Of a stretch of 64,000 nt of DNA, positions 1 to 11,060 are shown one piece after another. A program made the translations under genes and the position numbers. The stretch comes from Lama glama (taxonomy: Eukaryota), in assembly GCA_028534125.1 (NCBI GenBank), contig CM052816.1:29018001-29082000 (forward strand), written 5' to 3'. The notes below the pieces were generated by a model that did no database searches, was not told the DNA's origin, and saw nothing but the letters and a program-made list of their open reading frames with translations. How positions within the stretch are numbered: the stretch's first letter is position 1; each line of letters begins with the position of its first letter.

Positions 1-229
1 TAGGTCTCCTTAAAAAAAATATCATTCCGTTCCCATGACCCAGAACTTGTTTTAACATATGTTTCACACATGAAAGTCTCTACTCCATGATCAACTCTTC
101 TCATCAGTTTTTTAATATTGAAAAAAATGGGAAAATATGTTTTCACTCTTTAATTTTGTGTATTTGTCAAGTTAGGGAACCTCCCACAACTTTATGTGTG
201 TATAGGAGAGCCTACCTAGAGAACTAACT

Positions 230-1100
230 CATCAACCATAAACACGACATCATTGTGCAGCTCTTCTGTTGGCGTGGCACTTGGTGTTAAAAAGAGAGCA
301 CAGGACACATTATGAGGTTCGACAGGGGCTAAGGATGCCCCACATAATTGAGGAAGTAATTCTCTGAACACCTTCCTCAGCAGTACACATTGCCTCTGCC
401 CTATTTACATTAAGAAGCAAGATCTTCATGGCATTTACTTGGCTTGCCACTGTTGAGTATTATTCCTCCCCTGTCCAGTGCCCCATCCAAAACTTCATCA
501 TCAGGGACTGAAGCAGTCAGCCTGGGCTAGTCTACACTAGAGAAGACCTACATGCAGCCAAAGAACTGCATGCACAGCACACAAGAAAAGATGCTGAGTT
601 TGGCTACTAAAGCTGCACACTGACCAGATGGCGTTTGCATCATTCAAGAGGGAGAAAATTGAAACTAGAAGGCTGGTGTCTCTATAGAGAGATTGACAGG
701 CATAACGTGGCTCCAATGTGGCAAGGGGCATCAAGACACACTCCAGAGTACAGGGCTCTGATAGTATCACTTCCTAATTACCTCTACATTGGTGAGACAT
801 TCACCAGCTGCTTCCACAGAGAAATCTTCAAATATCAACTGGGGAAAGTAAGATCGTCTCCCACAGCAGGTCAGCCTTGCTGAAGGGATTGGTAATTAAA
901 AGGAATCCTAACCTCTGAGCTGCATGTGGGCAAAGGGCAGGGAGAAAGAGAACACCATGGCAGCTGAGATACAACAAAATCAAATGGTGTAACTGCAAGA
1001 GGGGAGCAGAACTGATGCCCTGAAACATGGCTGAAGGGTTACTGGATAACCATGTCACCAACAGACTGTGCAACAGCCTCTAGAATGTGGGTGCCTCTTC
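230..1100 (+). mobile_element. Ancient RTE-clade LINE remnant (L4-like), C-terminal part of ORF2
   Basis: Translated fragments 'EYRALIVSLPNYLYIGETFT' (in ORF 635-883) and 'GILTSELHVGKGQG' (~902-943) resemble, in the right order, the RTE post-RT motifs 'KVYRAVVLTTLLYACETWT' and 'LLYGELxxGKRxxG' (recalled consensus). Many stops and frameshifts. Confidence 0.55.
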
Positions 1101-1449
1101 CAAGACAAGCTTCAGGTCAGTTCAGAGCCTGAGCCTTAGAGTCACACACATATGGTAAGCAAGGCTTTAGGGACTGAGACATTTTAACCACAAAATAAGC
1201 TTCAGGTACACAGAGGGAGGAAGAACAAACAAAAGTAACCAGGAATCATTAACAGTAGCCTCGTCTTTGCAAATGAATGAGAGCAAAATGATCCAAAACA
1301 ATGCTGCTTTATGATGATCTGAAATGCTGCCAACGGCACCATCCAACAGAGATTAAAAAATAACTCTCACTTTCAAGAGTGCAATAATTAGATGAGGTTG
1401 TTGAATTGCAGAGGTTCAATTTTTAAAATATAGTTTCTATTACTCTAAA

Positions 1450-1650
1450 AGAAATTAATGTTGTTAGAAAAATTATAAAGTTCTGGTAAGTATAAAAAAA
1501 AAAACTTGTAATTCTACCTCTCAGAGGGCAACCACTATTATTTTGCCATTTTCTGTTCTCTTTTCTATACATATTTTGACATAGTTGAAATACTAAATAT
1601 GAAACATACCCGGCTTTTTCAGTTATGATAATAAATGTTTTCCAACTGAC
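1450..1650 (-). mobile_element. Old L1 (L1ME/L1MC-type) 3' end fragment
   Basis: Degenerate 'taattctacctctcagagggcaaccactatta...' resembles reverse L1M 3' UTRs. Confidence 0.45.
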
Positions 1651-1728
1651 TATTTTTAAATATAACTGATTTACTTGTCACAGATTTTATCTTTTCTTTA
1701 AGGTCATATAATGTGTAATATAGCCTAC

Positions 1729-1800
1729 CTTGCAGATGTAATACCGAGTGATAAATTTTAAAAATAGTTTATGGGTTCTTACTAGATTCAAATCACTGAG
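1729..1800 (-). other. Candidate internal exon (72 bp, no ATG)
   Basis: Minus strand: acceptor tttttctgtttag|CTC, donor AAG|gtaggc. Only phase 0 is open (LSDLNLVRTHKLFLKFITRYYICK). Confidence 0.5.
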
Positions 1801-1873
1801 CTAAACAGAAAAATCTAATTTGAGTGGAATTTCTGCCAGCAGCAGAATCAGAAACATGAAACTCCAGTAACAC

Positions 1874-2344
1874 TGTTACCGAAAGCAAATTCCTGTGCCC
1901 CATGTACCGTGAGGCCAGAGAAACCAAAATGTTGGCATTTGGAGCACAAAAAGTTTATTGCAGGGCTGAGCAAGGAAGATGGGGTGGCTCATGCCCAAGA
2001 AAACCCTGAATTCACTGAAGGGTTTCAGCAAAGCATACTTAAAGGCCAGGTAAGGGAGGGGGTCACAAGGTACCTGATCAGCTCCTGCACAATTCTCTGA
2101 TTGGTTGATGTGGAGGTAACAAGGTGGTTAACACTATCAACTCCTGGGCACCAGGTCTGGGGGCCATGAGCTCTCCATCATCCAGTATTTAATTTCTTCC
2201 GTTTGGTGGTGGTTTTTAGCATCTGAAAAACTCAGGAAATAAACCTGGGATACTAAGATCTGGGTACTTCAGAGAGGAGCTACAGCAACAGATATGGGGG
2301 AGGGTCTGTCCTGGGAAGGCCCTACAGGGTCCGGCTCAGTTACA
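1874..2344 (-). mobile_element. ERV1-class solo LTR (471 bp)
   Basis: TG...CA termini; 4-bp TSD acac (1870-1873 / 2345-2348); minus-strand CCAAT (gattgg 2099-2104) and AATAAA (tttatt 1954-1959). Confidence 0.85.
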
Positions 2345-2499
2345 ACACTACCTGTAAAGGAAGAGATGGGCAGAGGCACAGGGACCTTCCAGCCTTGCAT
2401 CAGGCCAGTCATCACTGTGGTTACTATTTGCAAAAGAAAGAAAGCAAAAGATCTAAAACAGCTCTTTAGTGACTGCTCCTTCACTGGTCTATAATCTCC

Positions 2500-2790
2500 T
2501 AGTGTCTATTAAGACCCACTTCAGAATTGAATTTCCACAACTCTCCCTGGTTCCCTCTCCTCTACAAAGACTCCATTGCTCCCCATTTGTGCTTTCATGG
2601 AACATTAAATACAACTCTATACTTTATCACATTTAATATATTATTCATTTACTGTAATTGCTTGACCACTTCATGGTCTCTGAACTATTTGAAGATAGAA
2701 ATATTTTATATTTATTCTTTTCTTCACAATCTAGCAATGACTAACAGAGAGCAAGGGCTCAATAAATGTATTTTTGAGTGATTGCAATTG
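2500..2790 (+). mobile_element. L2 LINE 3' end
   Basis: Typical L2 tail '...gagcaagggctcaataaatgtatttttgagtga'. Confidence 0.65.
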
Positions 2791-3655
2791 AATAAATTTA
2801 AAGTGAAACATTTTTTCTAAAAAGTTGGTAAAGTAACACTGCACTCTTCATTGTTAATAGTAATAATTTATTTGAGGTCTAAAGTTTTAAAATTATGCTC
2901 ATGTTTGAGCTTTTATAGAATTCTCAAATCAATATTTAAGATATCATCTCTTTCACTTTCTGAAACATGTAAAATGCATAATAATATCTGTTTCCAAAGA
3001 ATGAAAAGCCTATTATTTTTGTGAGTATATTAGCAATTTGGTATTTGTGATGGTTAAAAAACTACAAATAGAGTCGGGTAACAACAGAAGCCACAGGAGA
3101 GACAGACACTCTGCTGCTTAACAGAGGTTTAAGAAGATTTCCCTTTAAATCAAGAGTGCCAAGAAGAACTATAAAATTATTCATCCTCTTTTTCAACTGT
3201 CAAACATCCATGTCAATAAATTCTAGGGGACAGCGCAGGAGAACAGAAGACAGCTCAAACGGTTTATCCACAATCACATAACGAATCAGAAAGGAAATGA
3301 TAATCCATGATTATACAACATTTCCTCACAAGGATTTGGGACATCTTGAGATTATCTGAAAAGCTTTTTAATCCTTGGGGGGAGGGGATCTGCTCTAAGA
3401 GTTAGTGGGAAAGATTCCAATATTGTTTCTTGATTCCTTTTTTCTAATTTTATTTCACTTTCTTTTCTACATATTTTAAATTTATAGAACACAGAAAAAT
3501 AATTTTATATAAACTGCCATATGTTACACATGTATATTTTATAAATAACATTAGAATGCTGGAAAATTGAAATAAAACATATACTCAGTAGGTACGACAT
3601 ACTGTGCAGGAATACATGAGTTTCCTCACAGACATGAATTCAATTTAAACCTTAC

Positions 3656-3749
3656 CAAATAAGTTCAGTTTTAATTTTGCTCAGTATTGATCCCGAGTGA
3701 AGTTAGCTCAGGCTCCTTGGAGGCGTTATCTATTACAGCAGTCACCACC
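3656..3749 (-). other. Candidate exon (94 bp; alternative acceptor extends it to 3783), probably non-coding
   Basis: Acceptor cttctttggttctccag|G (or ttttgctgtttgcaaatag|G at 3783), donor TTG|gtaagg. Stops in all frames, no ATG. Confidence 0.45.
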
Positions 3750-4027
3750 CTGGAGAACCAAAGAAGCAATTGAATCAGAAAACCTATTTGCAAACAGCAA
3801 AACAAATTGATAATTTCAGAAGAAACAGATTCTAACACAGATAAAGTATAAGCCCTATTTTTTCTTTCTGCTAATATACAGTGGTTTCTCTTCAGCCGGA
3901 CAATCTGAGACTGATTGTGTTGTCATGAAAAGTCCACGTCTTTCTAGAAATGCCCTTTCAGTCGCTTGCCCGGGGAGAACACAAACAACCCTGGTAGCCT
4001 GGTGCTGAGATGATTACTTTAGGTTAC

Positions 4028-4190
4028 CTACTTTCCTTAGGCAGCTTCCTGTTGCAGTATGATGAAGACTCCCAACCTGGCCAGAGTCACACTTTCAGGG
4101 TTCTATAAAGACACAGCTCTCCCAAAGCAGGCTGACTGCCCTAGAGCAATCATTAACGTGGGGAGGCATTTGGGCAGGGCGATTGGAAAA
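4028..4190 (-). promoter_or_regulatory. Candidate tissue-specific promoter and short first exon
   Basis: Minus-strand order: CCAAT (gattgg 4181-4186), GC-box-like gggcagggcg, HNF1-like GTTAATGATTGCT (4145-4157), TATA-like element (4104-4109), then splice donor TAG|gtaacc at 4028/4027. Confidence 0.5.
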
Positions 4191-4519
4191 CAGGTGCTGA
4201 TTGCTGATTAGAGAGCCCTAAGTAACCATGCTGGCTTGGTTTAAGCACAGAATGTTATAGTTCTACTGTAACATTTCAAACAGAAAGCATAAACCAACAA
4301 CCTATCATGTATTTTGTTATAATACAAAACTCCATTCTCATTGCCCACTTGAACCTAAAAGTTAAAAAATACAGCAATCTGATATAAAGCATTCAAATGT
4401 ACACACCATTTTCACTACTTTTAAAAAATTAAACATATTTAATATTTAATTTCTAACCTTTCCTCTTTTCTAATGCAAAGATGTAAGGTATTAAATTGAC
4501 CTAGATGTATTCTTTAACA

Positions 4520-6370
4520 TTTACTTTTTAAATTGATACATAATTTCATAGGATAAAATTCACAAAATTTAAGTCTTCATTTTGGTATTTTGACCATTTG
4601 ATGGTCCATGGGATAGATTCACACTGAGATCCAGAATACGTCCTTCTCACTAGAGTATTTCATCATGCCCCTTTTTGTTAGTCTTCCTCCCAGAGGCACC
4701 CTATATTCTATACATCTTTCAATATAGATTAGTTTTGCCTGTTTAGGAACTTCACATAAATGGAATATTACAGTATATATTGTCTTGTCTCCATATTGTT
4801 GCATGTAGCAGTAAGTTGTTTCTTTTTATCACTGACTAGTATTCTACAATATGAATCTATCACAACTTGTTTATCCATTCTTCTGTTGTTATATACTCAG
4901 GTTGGTTCCAGTTTAGGGCTCTTATAAATAATATTTTTTGTATGATCTCTTTTTTTTTTTCAATTTTAAAAACTGTGTTTATGGGGGATGGGAGGTATAT
5001 AGCTCAGTGGTGGGGTGTGTTATTAACATGCATAAGGTCCTGGGTTGACTCCCCAGTACTTCCATTAACAACAACAACAACAAAAACAAATGTTTAAAAA
5101 AAAGAATTTTTAAACTGTTTATTATCTTGGCACTGATATAAGAAATTTTTGTATTTTCCAGACACAGCTCTTTGTCAGACACTTCTCACCGTCTCTGACT
5201 CAAATTTTTATTTTTGAATGGTATATTTTAATTAGCAAAGTATTAAATTTCAGGAAGTCCAGTTTGATTATTTTTAATTTTTGAGTTACTGTTTTATCCC
5301 GTCTGTGAAAATATCTTTGACTACCCCCAAGTGCATGAATATATACTTCTATTTTTTTCTTCTAGAAGCTTAATGATTCTAATTTTAATGTTTGTGTATA
5401 TGATCCACCTTAAATTAATTTGTGCATGGAATGAGACATAGGTCAAAGTTTTAAGCTATTCATTGAAATTTTAATTTGATTATTACATTTCATTGCTAAA
5501 CATCTTAGTTGTATTGTTTTTAATTTGCTTAAAGAGCTTCATAATATCTTCCTATTTTTGATACACTCATTTTTTAACATATTAAACAAAGTTATTTTTA
5601 TTTTGTGGCTGTTAATTTCAACAACTGAATTATTTGAGAGTCTCATTCTTACCATTTGTTTCTGCTAGCCTCTGACTTTCAGGGGTATTGGGTTTTGTAA
5701 TTTTTTTTTTCATTTTTAAAATATGAGCTATACTTTAATTTGAAGGAACTTGGAGCCGGGGTTGAAAGTGTGTCCCTTAAGATGGAATCTGCACTTGTTT
5801 CCATCAAGTGCTCAGGGGCACTCCTAGTCAAGTGTGATCTAAAATAGCTTTAGATGAACGTTTTTGTTCACAGACGCATAGCATGAATTTTGACCATAAT
5901 CCCACCGGGGACAGGATTTGGGTTGCAAATTTTCTCCTTTGTATACTATCATGAGTGAAATCAGAGAGTTTCATTCCTGTCTCCTTTGGTGGGTAAACTT
6001 TTCCCTTCACTGAGGATATAGCTTTTTGGAGTCCCAGGTTTGGGCAAGAGTCTCTTTTTAAATTCCCCAGTGTGTGCAGGCTAGTCTTTACATTCTTTCC
6101 CCCAACCTTTTTAAAGATGTTTTAAATCGGTCTTCAGGGTCATTATTAATTGATAGTTGCTCCAGGATAACCAGCTATTTTCTGCTTGCTTAATTTTCTG
6201 GATTCCAGTTTATACTGTGTTTGTAGCCATGAATATTTTTTCTTACTTTCTCATTAGCTCAATGATACATTTAAAATACAGCTAATATTTTCCAGTGTCT
6301 TAATTTATTTTGAAGAGGTTTGTTGATGATTTCTGGTCTGTTATATTATCAGAAATTGAAATCCTGTATT
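4520..6370 (-). mobile_element. Old L1 (L1MB/L1M) fragments, interrupted by a SINE
   Basis: Reverse L1MB-type 3' UTR ('ttgcctgtttaggaacttcacataaatggaatattacagtat', 'tttatccattcttctgttg'), followed by more 5' L1M-like sequence. Confidence 0.7.
4983..5100 (+). mobile_element. tRNA-derived SINE, camelid Vic-1 type
   Basis: G-rich head, A box tagctcagtgg, degenerate B box gggttgactcc, 'ccccagtac' core, (aac)n/A-rich tail, degenerate flanking duplication. Confidence 0.8.
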
Positions 6371-7083
6371 TTCTTTCAAACTGTGTACAGCCTCATCAGC
6401 TACCAATAATGCAATTCATATAGTTGAAAAGACAAAATTAAAGGTATACTGGGTTGATTAGTAGTTCACTAATTTTGGTCTACATATCTTAAGTTCTAAT
6501 TATCATGAAGGGTATTTTAAAAATAAAGAATCATTTTCTGCATTTAGTATATTCAGAGATGATAATCAAAAATGGCAAACGTACCAGTTGATTAAGCAGA
6601 AGAGAAACCAAATCAAACAAACAAAGCAAACAAGTCATATTGGTACATACTTGCTGAATGAGAAACTGAATACATGAAGTATCATGGTGGACCAGGGTAA
6701 TCAGATATTTCTGTTGATTAAAATATTAACACTGCATTTGATGCCTTAAACTAACATAGAAATGAACAGACACCATTTAATATTTTCAAGTAATGGCCTC
6801 TTACCGACCTGAATGCAAGGATTTGCTGGAAAGTCCCCGCTTTTTTAGACTTAATGCCCACTACCAGAAAAGAAATCAGAAGAATCAAATATCCTCCAGA
6901 AATAAGCAAAAATTTGGTCAGTTTAGGATTATAGATTGGTGGCAGGGATGTCTCAAAGGAAGAGCTTTGGCAGAACTATTGCTTCTGAATATCTCACTGA
7001 AACAAGCCATTGACAATCAAGTAGTTCAAACATTTCAAATTAGCCCAGTTAAATTTACGTAAAAAGTGTTACCAAGTTCTTAC

Positions 7084-7207
7084 CAGTGCTCATGTGGTAG
7101 CGATAATGTCAACATTGCCTGCAGACTTTATTTTCCATTTTTTCCCCAAGTTCTGCTGGATAGTATCTGCTTTCCAGAATTCAGTGACTTAGTAGACTCT
7201 GTTTCAA
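7084..7207 (-). other. Candidate exon (124 bp)
   Basis: Acceptor tttctgttttgtgttcatttag|TT, donor CTG|gtaaga. Phase-1 frame reads VETESTKSLNSGKQILSSRTWGKNGK*SLQAMLTLSLPHEH. Confidence 0.45.
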
Positions 7208-7880
7208 CTAAATGAACACAAAACAGAAATATAAACATACTTAGACACGTATTTTTAACCTTTTAACAAAACCTCTAAGCAAATATATTTTGTTTATACT
7301 TACTACTCAAGTATTTTGAAGTCTGTTTTATTGATTGTCTTTTTGCTGCATATTTCTCTTTGGAAAGTTGTGCCTCTTGATGTTTCCCTGGGGCAGTAAT
7401 GCATAATGGGCAGATCCCTCTCCCACCTGGGTGTGATCTCCTATCCAAGAAAGAGCTATGACCAAACAGCTTAAAAATGCTGCTTTAGACCTCAGGAAAA
7501 ATACTGAAAAAGTACTCATTGCTTTGGCCTGTGCTCTGCTGATCTTCTGAATTCTGAGACCACTAGGGCCAAGTTTGGGATGTAAACCCCGGAAACAGAA
7601 ACATGCCAAAGAGATCTGTGTTTATATCAAGCAGGAAGAAACACTCTTGGTTCACACGTGTGTCTGCCCGATTCACCAAGACCAGGGGAGTCTTCCAGGT
7701 CTTTGGAGTCAAAGCCCTGTAGCAATACGTCTCCACTGGGGGACTAGAAAGTGCAGAGGAGGAAGGTGCTGTCCGTGCACCCACTCCCCTCCAACTCCAG
7801 AGTTTCTGACCACGTAAAGAATTCCTGTGTTCACATGTGAATAAAAGTCAAAGAAGAAACACAAATGAATAGTAACTTAC

Positions 7881-7989
7881 CCCGAAGCCTCCTTTTCACA
7901 TCCCAGGTGAACTCAGAGAGGAAGTAGAAGATTGACAGAGAATCAGTAGCTTCAAGGTCCAAGCTGTCTCCCACTCCTTCACACATATG
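7881..7989 (-). other. Candidate exon (109 bp)
   Basis: Acceptor catcttttcgtacatag|C, donor GGG|gtaagt. Only phase 0 is open (HMCEGVGDSLDLEATDSLSIFYFLSEFTWDVKRRLR). Confidence 0.5.
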
Positions 7990-8140
7990 CTATGTACGAA
8001 AAGATGACTTATGGTGATAAAAAGGACCAAATAAAATCATCTTCATTGAATTATTCTGCACACAGTTATTCAATACATATTTTAATTCATACTTTTGCAT
8101 TTATTTTTGGTTAAAATATTACCTTGGGTGATTAGGACAA

Positions 8141-8230
8141 TCAATATCCTAATTTTTAAAAAGTGCACAATGTGATGATTTAATATATGCATACATTGTG
8201 AAAGGATTTCTGCCTCAATATCCTAATTTT
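8141..8230 (-). mobile_element. Extremely 5'-truncated L1 (58 bp) with 16-bp TSD
   Basis: TSD tcaatatcctaatttt (8141-8156 / 8215-8230) flanks reverse L1 3'-terminal sequence 'aagtgcacaatgtgatgatttaatatatgcatacattgtgaaagg'. Confidence 0.75.
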
Positions 8231-9659
8231 AAAAGTCCCAATTCTCTTCATGTGTTACATCAAAAAACAAACAGGACTCATCTTACTGTGCTCTAAGATG
8301 GTCTCAAAAGAAACTATCCCCAGTAATTTCTAATCATCAACCAGCTCACTATTTACAATCAATTAACGTTTAACTCCCATGAAACGCTTAGCACCAAGAT
8401 CACTTTCAGAGATACACACTTCCCATGCAGGCAACCCTCAAGGCTTCTTTTGTGCTCTATTTCATTTCTACTAACAGGACAGACGTTTGGGGAGTTGCCA
8501 CATTCCAAGAGGAACCTGGCCAGGGTTAATGAGGATTTCTCACAGTAACCCAAACTCCAGGATACCACTGGACCGCATCATCTTGCTGAGAAGCCAACAT
8601 AATTATGATCATGCTGCTGTCCTTGAAACCACAATATAGACTAAGCACAGGATAGCCATCAGTGGTCTCAAGTGCCACCTACAGGCTATCCCTCTATTTA
8701 ATTCTTTTTAGAGGATAAAATTAAAGGCAATATACCAAGAGGGGTGGTGAATTACACAGCTCACCAGAAACTAAGGCTGATTCTTAATCTTGGGCCCTTC
8801 TGTAGTTTAATTTAGTGGCCCACAATTACTTCACAATGGGCATAATTTAAAACATAACAGAAACCAAAGTTTTTACATTATTATCAGAGGAAATGAATTA
8901 CTTATCTATCATATGATATTATGATGATATTACAAACTGGTATGTTTAAAAGATGACAAAGTATTAACAAATTAGTGTATTGGCATTAATATTATTTCCT
9001 TCCTGTGCTTTTTAATTTGCTTAGATCATTAACCTTTGATAGTTCATATAAAATATCTCATTACATGTATGGACTATCTACACAGTAGTCAATGAGGTGC
9101 TTAGACAGTATTAGAGGAAAATTGTCTGTAAAATAATTACCTAAAACCATCAAATATTCAATAAGTACCTACACTGAAATGGGCACTGTGATAATAAAAA
9201 AGTCTATTCTGGAGACTTGCATTATGCAATTTGTCTATCTAACTTAATTGAAATCATTTCTATTATAAAATTTGCCTATCTTAATTGAAATTAAATGATT
9301 AAAATTAAGTACGTAAGGAAATATAGGTTCAGTTTTTTCTGTGTCTCCAAAACTGAGCTAGTTACGAGCATAACAAGGAAATGGAGAGCAATTGTCCCTG
9401 TTGTCAGATTGTTAACAACATAATTGGGGAGAGGACACATGTACAGATAAAAATGTAAAGAAGAGGTCCAGGGAATAGGTGTTGTAAGAACTGACAAACA
9501 TACAGCTAATATAAGAACTAGGATTTTAAGCTTAGAATGGATAAATTGAAGTGGAGAATAACAGGGGAAAACTGAAAAAGAGGTCTGGCAGCATAAATGC
9601 ATGAGGTACATGTGCTCAAAAAATATGTCTGGTCAAACTTAGATTTCTTTAGCATCTTC

Positions 9660-9860
9660 TCTGTGATAGAACTTCTGTATGCTCCTTTAGTTCTCACAGT
9701 AACACTGTGAGGTGGCTACTATTATTATCCCTATTTTAAAGATAAGGATACTGAGGTTGAAAGAGCTTGACTAATTTGATCAAAGTCATTAAACTGATAA
9801 GTGATAAAATCAGAATCCAAACCCAATACTTTACCATTCCCAAATGGGTATTCTGAACCA
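9660..9860 (-). mobile_element. MIR SINE
   Basis: Reverse MIR core 'attattatccctattttaaagataaggatactgagg'. Confidence 0.75.
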
Positions 9861-9934
9861 CCATGGCAATAATAAATAAACCATCTGTCTTTAAAGAATG
9901 CAGTGTGTGGCCTGGGATAAATTTAGGAAATATA

Positions 9935-10343
9935 ACAGCCAGGCGGCAGATGGCACATTCAGATTGGGTTATGCAAGTTGAGTTTGAGGCAGAGATTATT
10001 TACAAAGGTGTGTGCAAGGTATAGGGAAGTCACAGGAATAGAACAGGATTCTAGCATTAGTAAAACCCCTTCCACCCCTCAGCCTGAAAGGTGGAATGGA
10101 GAGCGACACTTACCAAACCCCAAAAGGACAGAGTCTTGTTGAGAGAGATGGCAGATAAAATGCACGACTTCTAGTAGAAAGGAGGAGAATGGGGGAATAA
10201 GTTCCCTGACTTCATTCCTCTTCCTTCCCTTTCCCACCAGGTTCTACTGATGTAATTCATGTAGATCAGCTACCAGGGCCACAGAGTAGTTGAAGAAGGG
10301 CAGAGAATGCATCTGGAGAAGCAAATGGAAGAGAAAGGGCACC
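9935..10343 (-). mobile_element. ERVL LTR, LTR33-like
   Basis: Reverse complement begins '...ttccatttgcttctccagatgcattctctgcccttc...', resembling the LTR33 5' end. Confidence 0.65.
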
Positions 10344-10859
10344 AGAGTATTCTATGAGTGTTAGACTAAATTATTTAGACTGTTCTGTTGCAGATAAAGG
10401 ATCAATAAATGTCCAGGGGTGAGAGAACTGCATATGAAAGAACTGCTCTACTAAAACTAAATTTTCATTGATTCGAATAGAATGAAGGCTGGTGGCAAGA
10501 ACCCTTTGGAAAAGACTTTGCAAGTTCTGGTAGGAGATTTTATGAGCCTAAAAGTAAGCAGGGGTAGCAGAAGAGGAAGGAAGAGGACTAATGAGCTGTC
10601 TATGATGTTTAAAAGGAATGGATTCCCAATCACAAAATGTGGTCCACTGATAAGAGAGTCTCTCTTCTGTTTTCTATGTTGTCCCTCTTGGGATTTATTT
10701 TAATGGATTCATGTCTTTCCATTCATCATCAAAGCCCTTATGTAACTGATGTCATTTATTATAATAGTAATACAAGCTGAAGGATTAAGACAATAGATCT
10801 CAGCAGTGATGAGCTTATTTGAGGTGCCAATGGGGAGCAGGGAGAGAAATGAAAAGACA

Positions 10860-11060
10860 ACGCATACTGAAATCCTACAACATATTACTGTCTGTGCTTA
10901 GCAATTTTACATTTACTTCTCCCAATACGTCTTGGAGGTAGATATTATTATCATTTTACAGAAAGAAATTTGTTGAAGTTCACATAGATAATAATAATCA
11001 TTATAAATTACAATAAGTTATATACAAGACTTTAGAATATGAATCTGTATCTTTGTTTTA
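10860..11060 (-). mobile_element. MIR fragment
   Basis: 'gaggtagatattattatcattttacaga' reverse MIR core. Confidence 0.55.
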
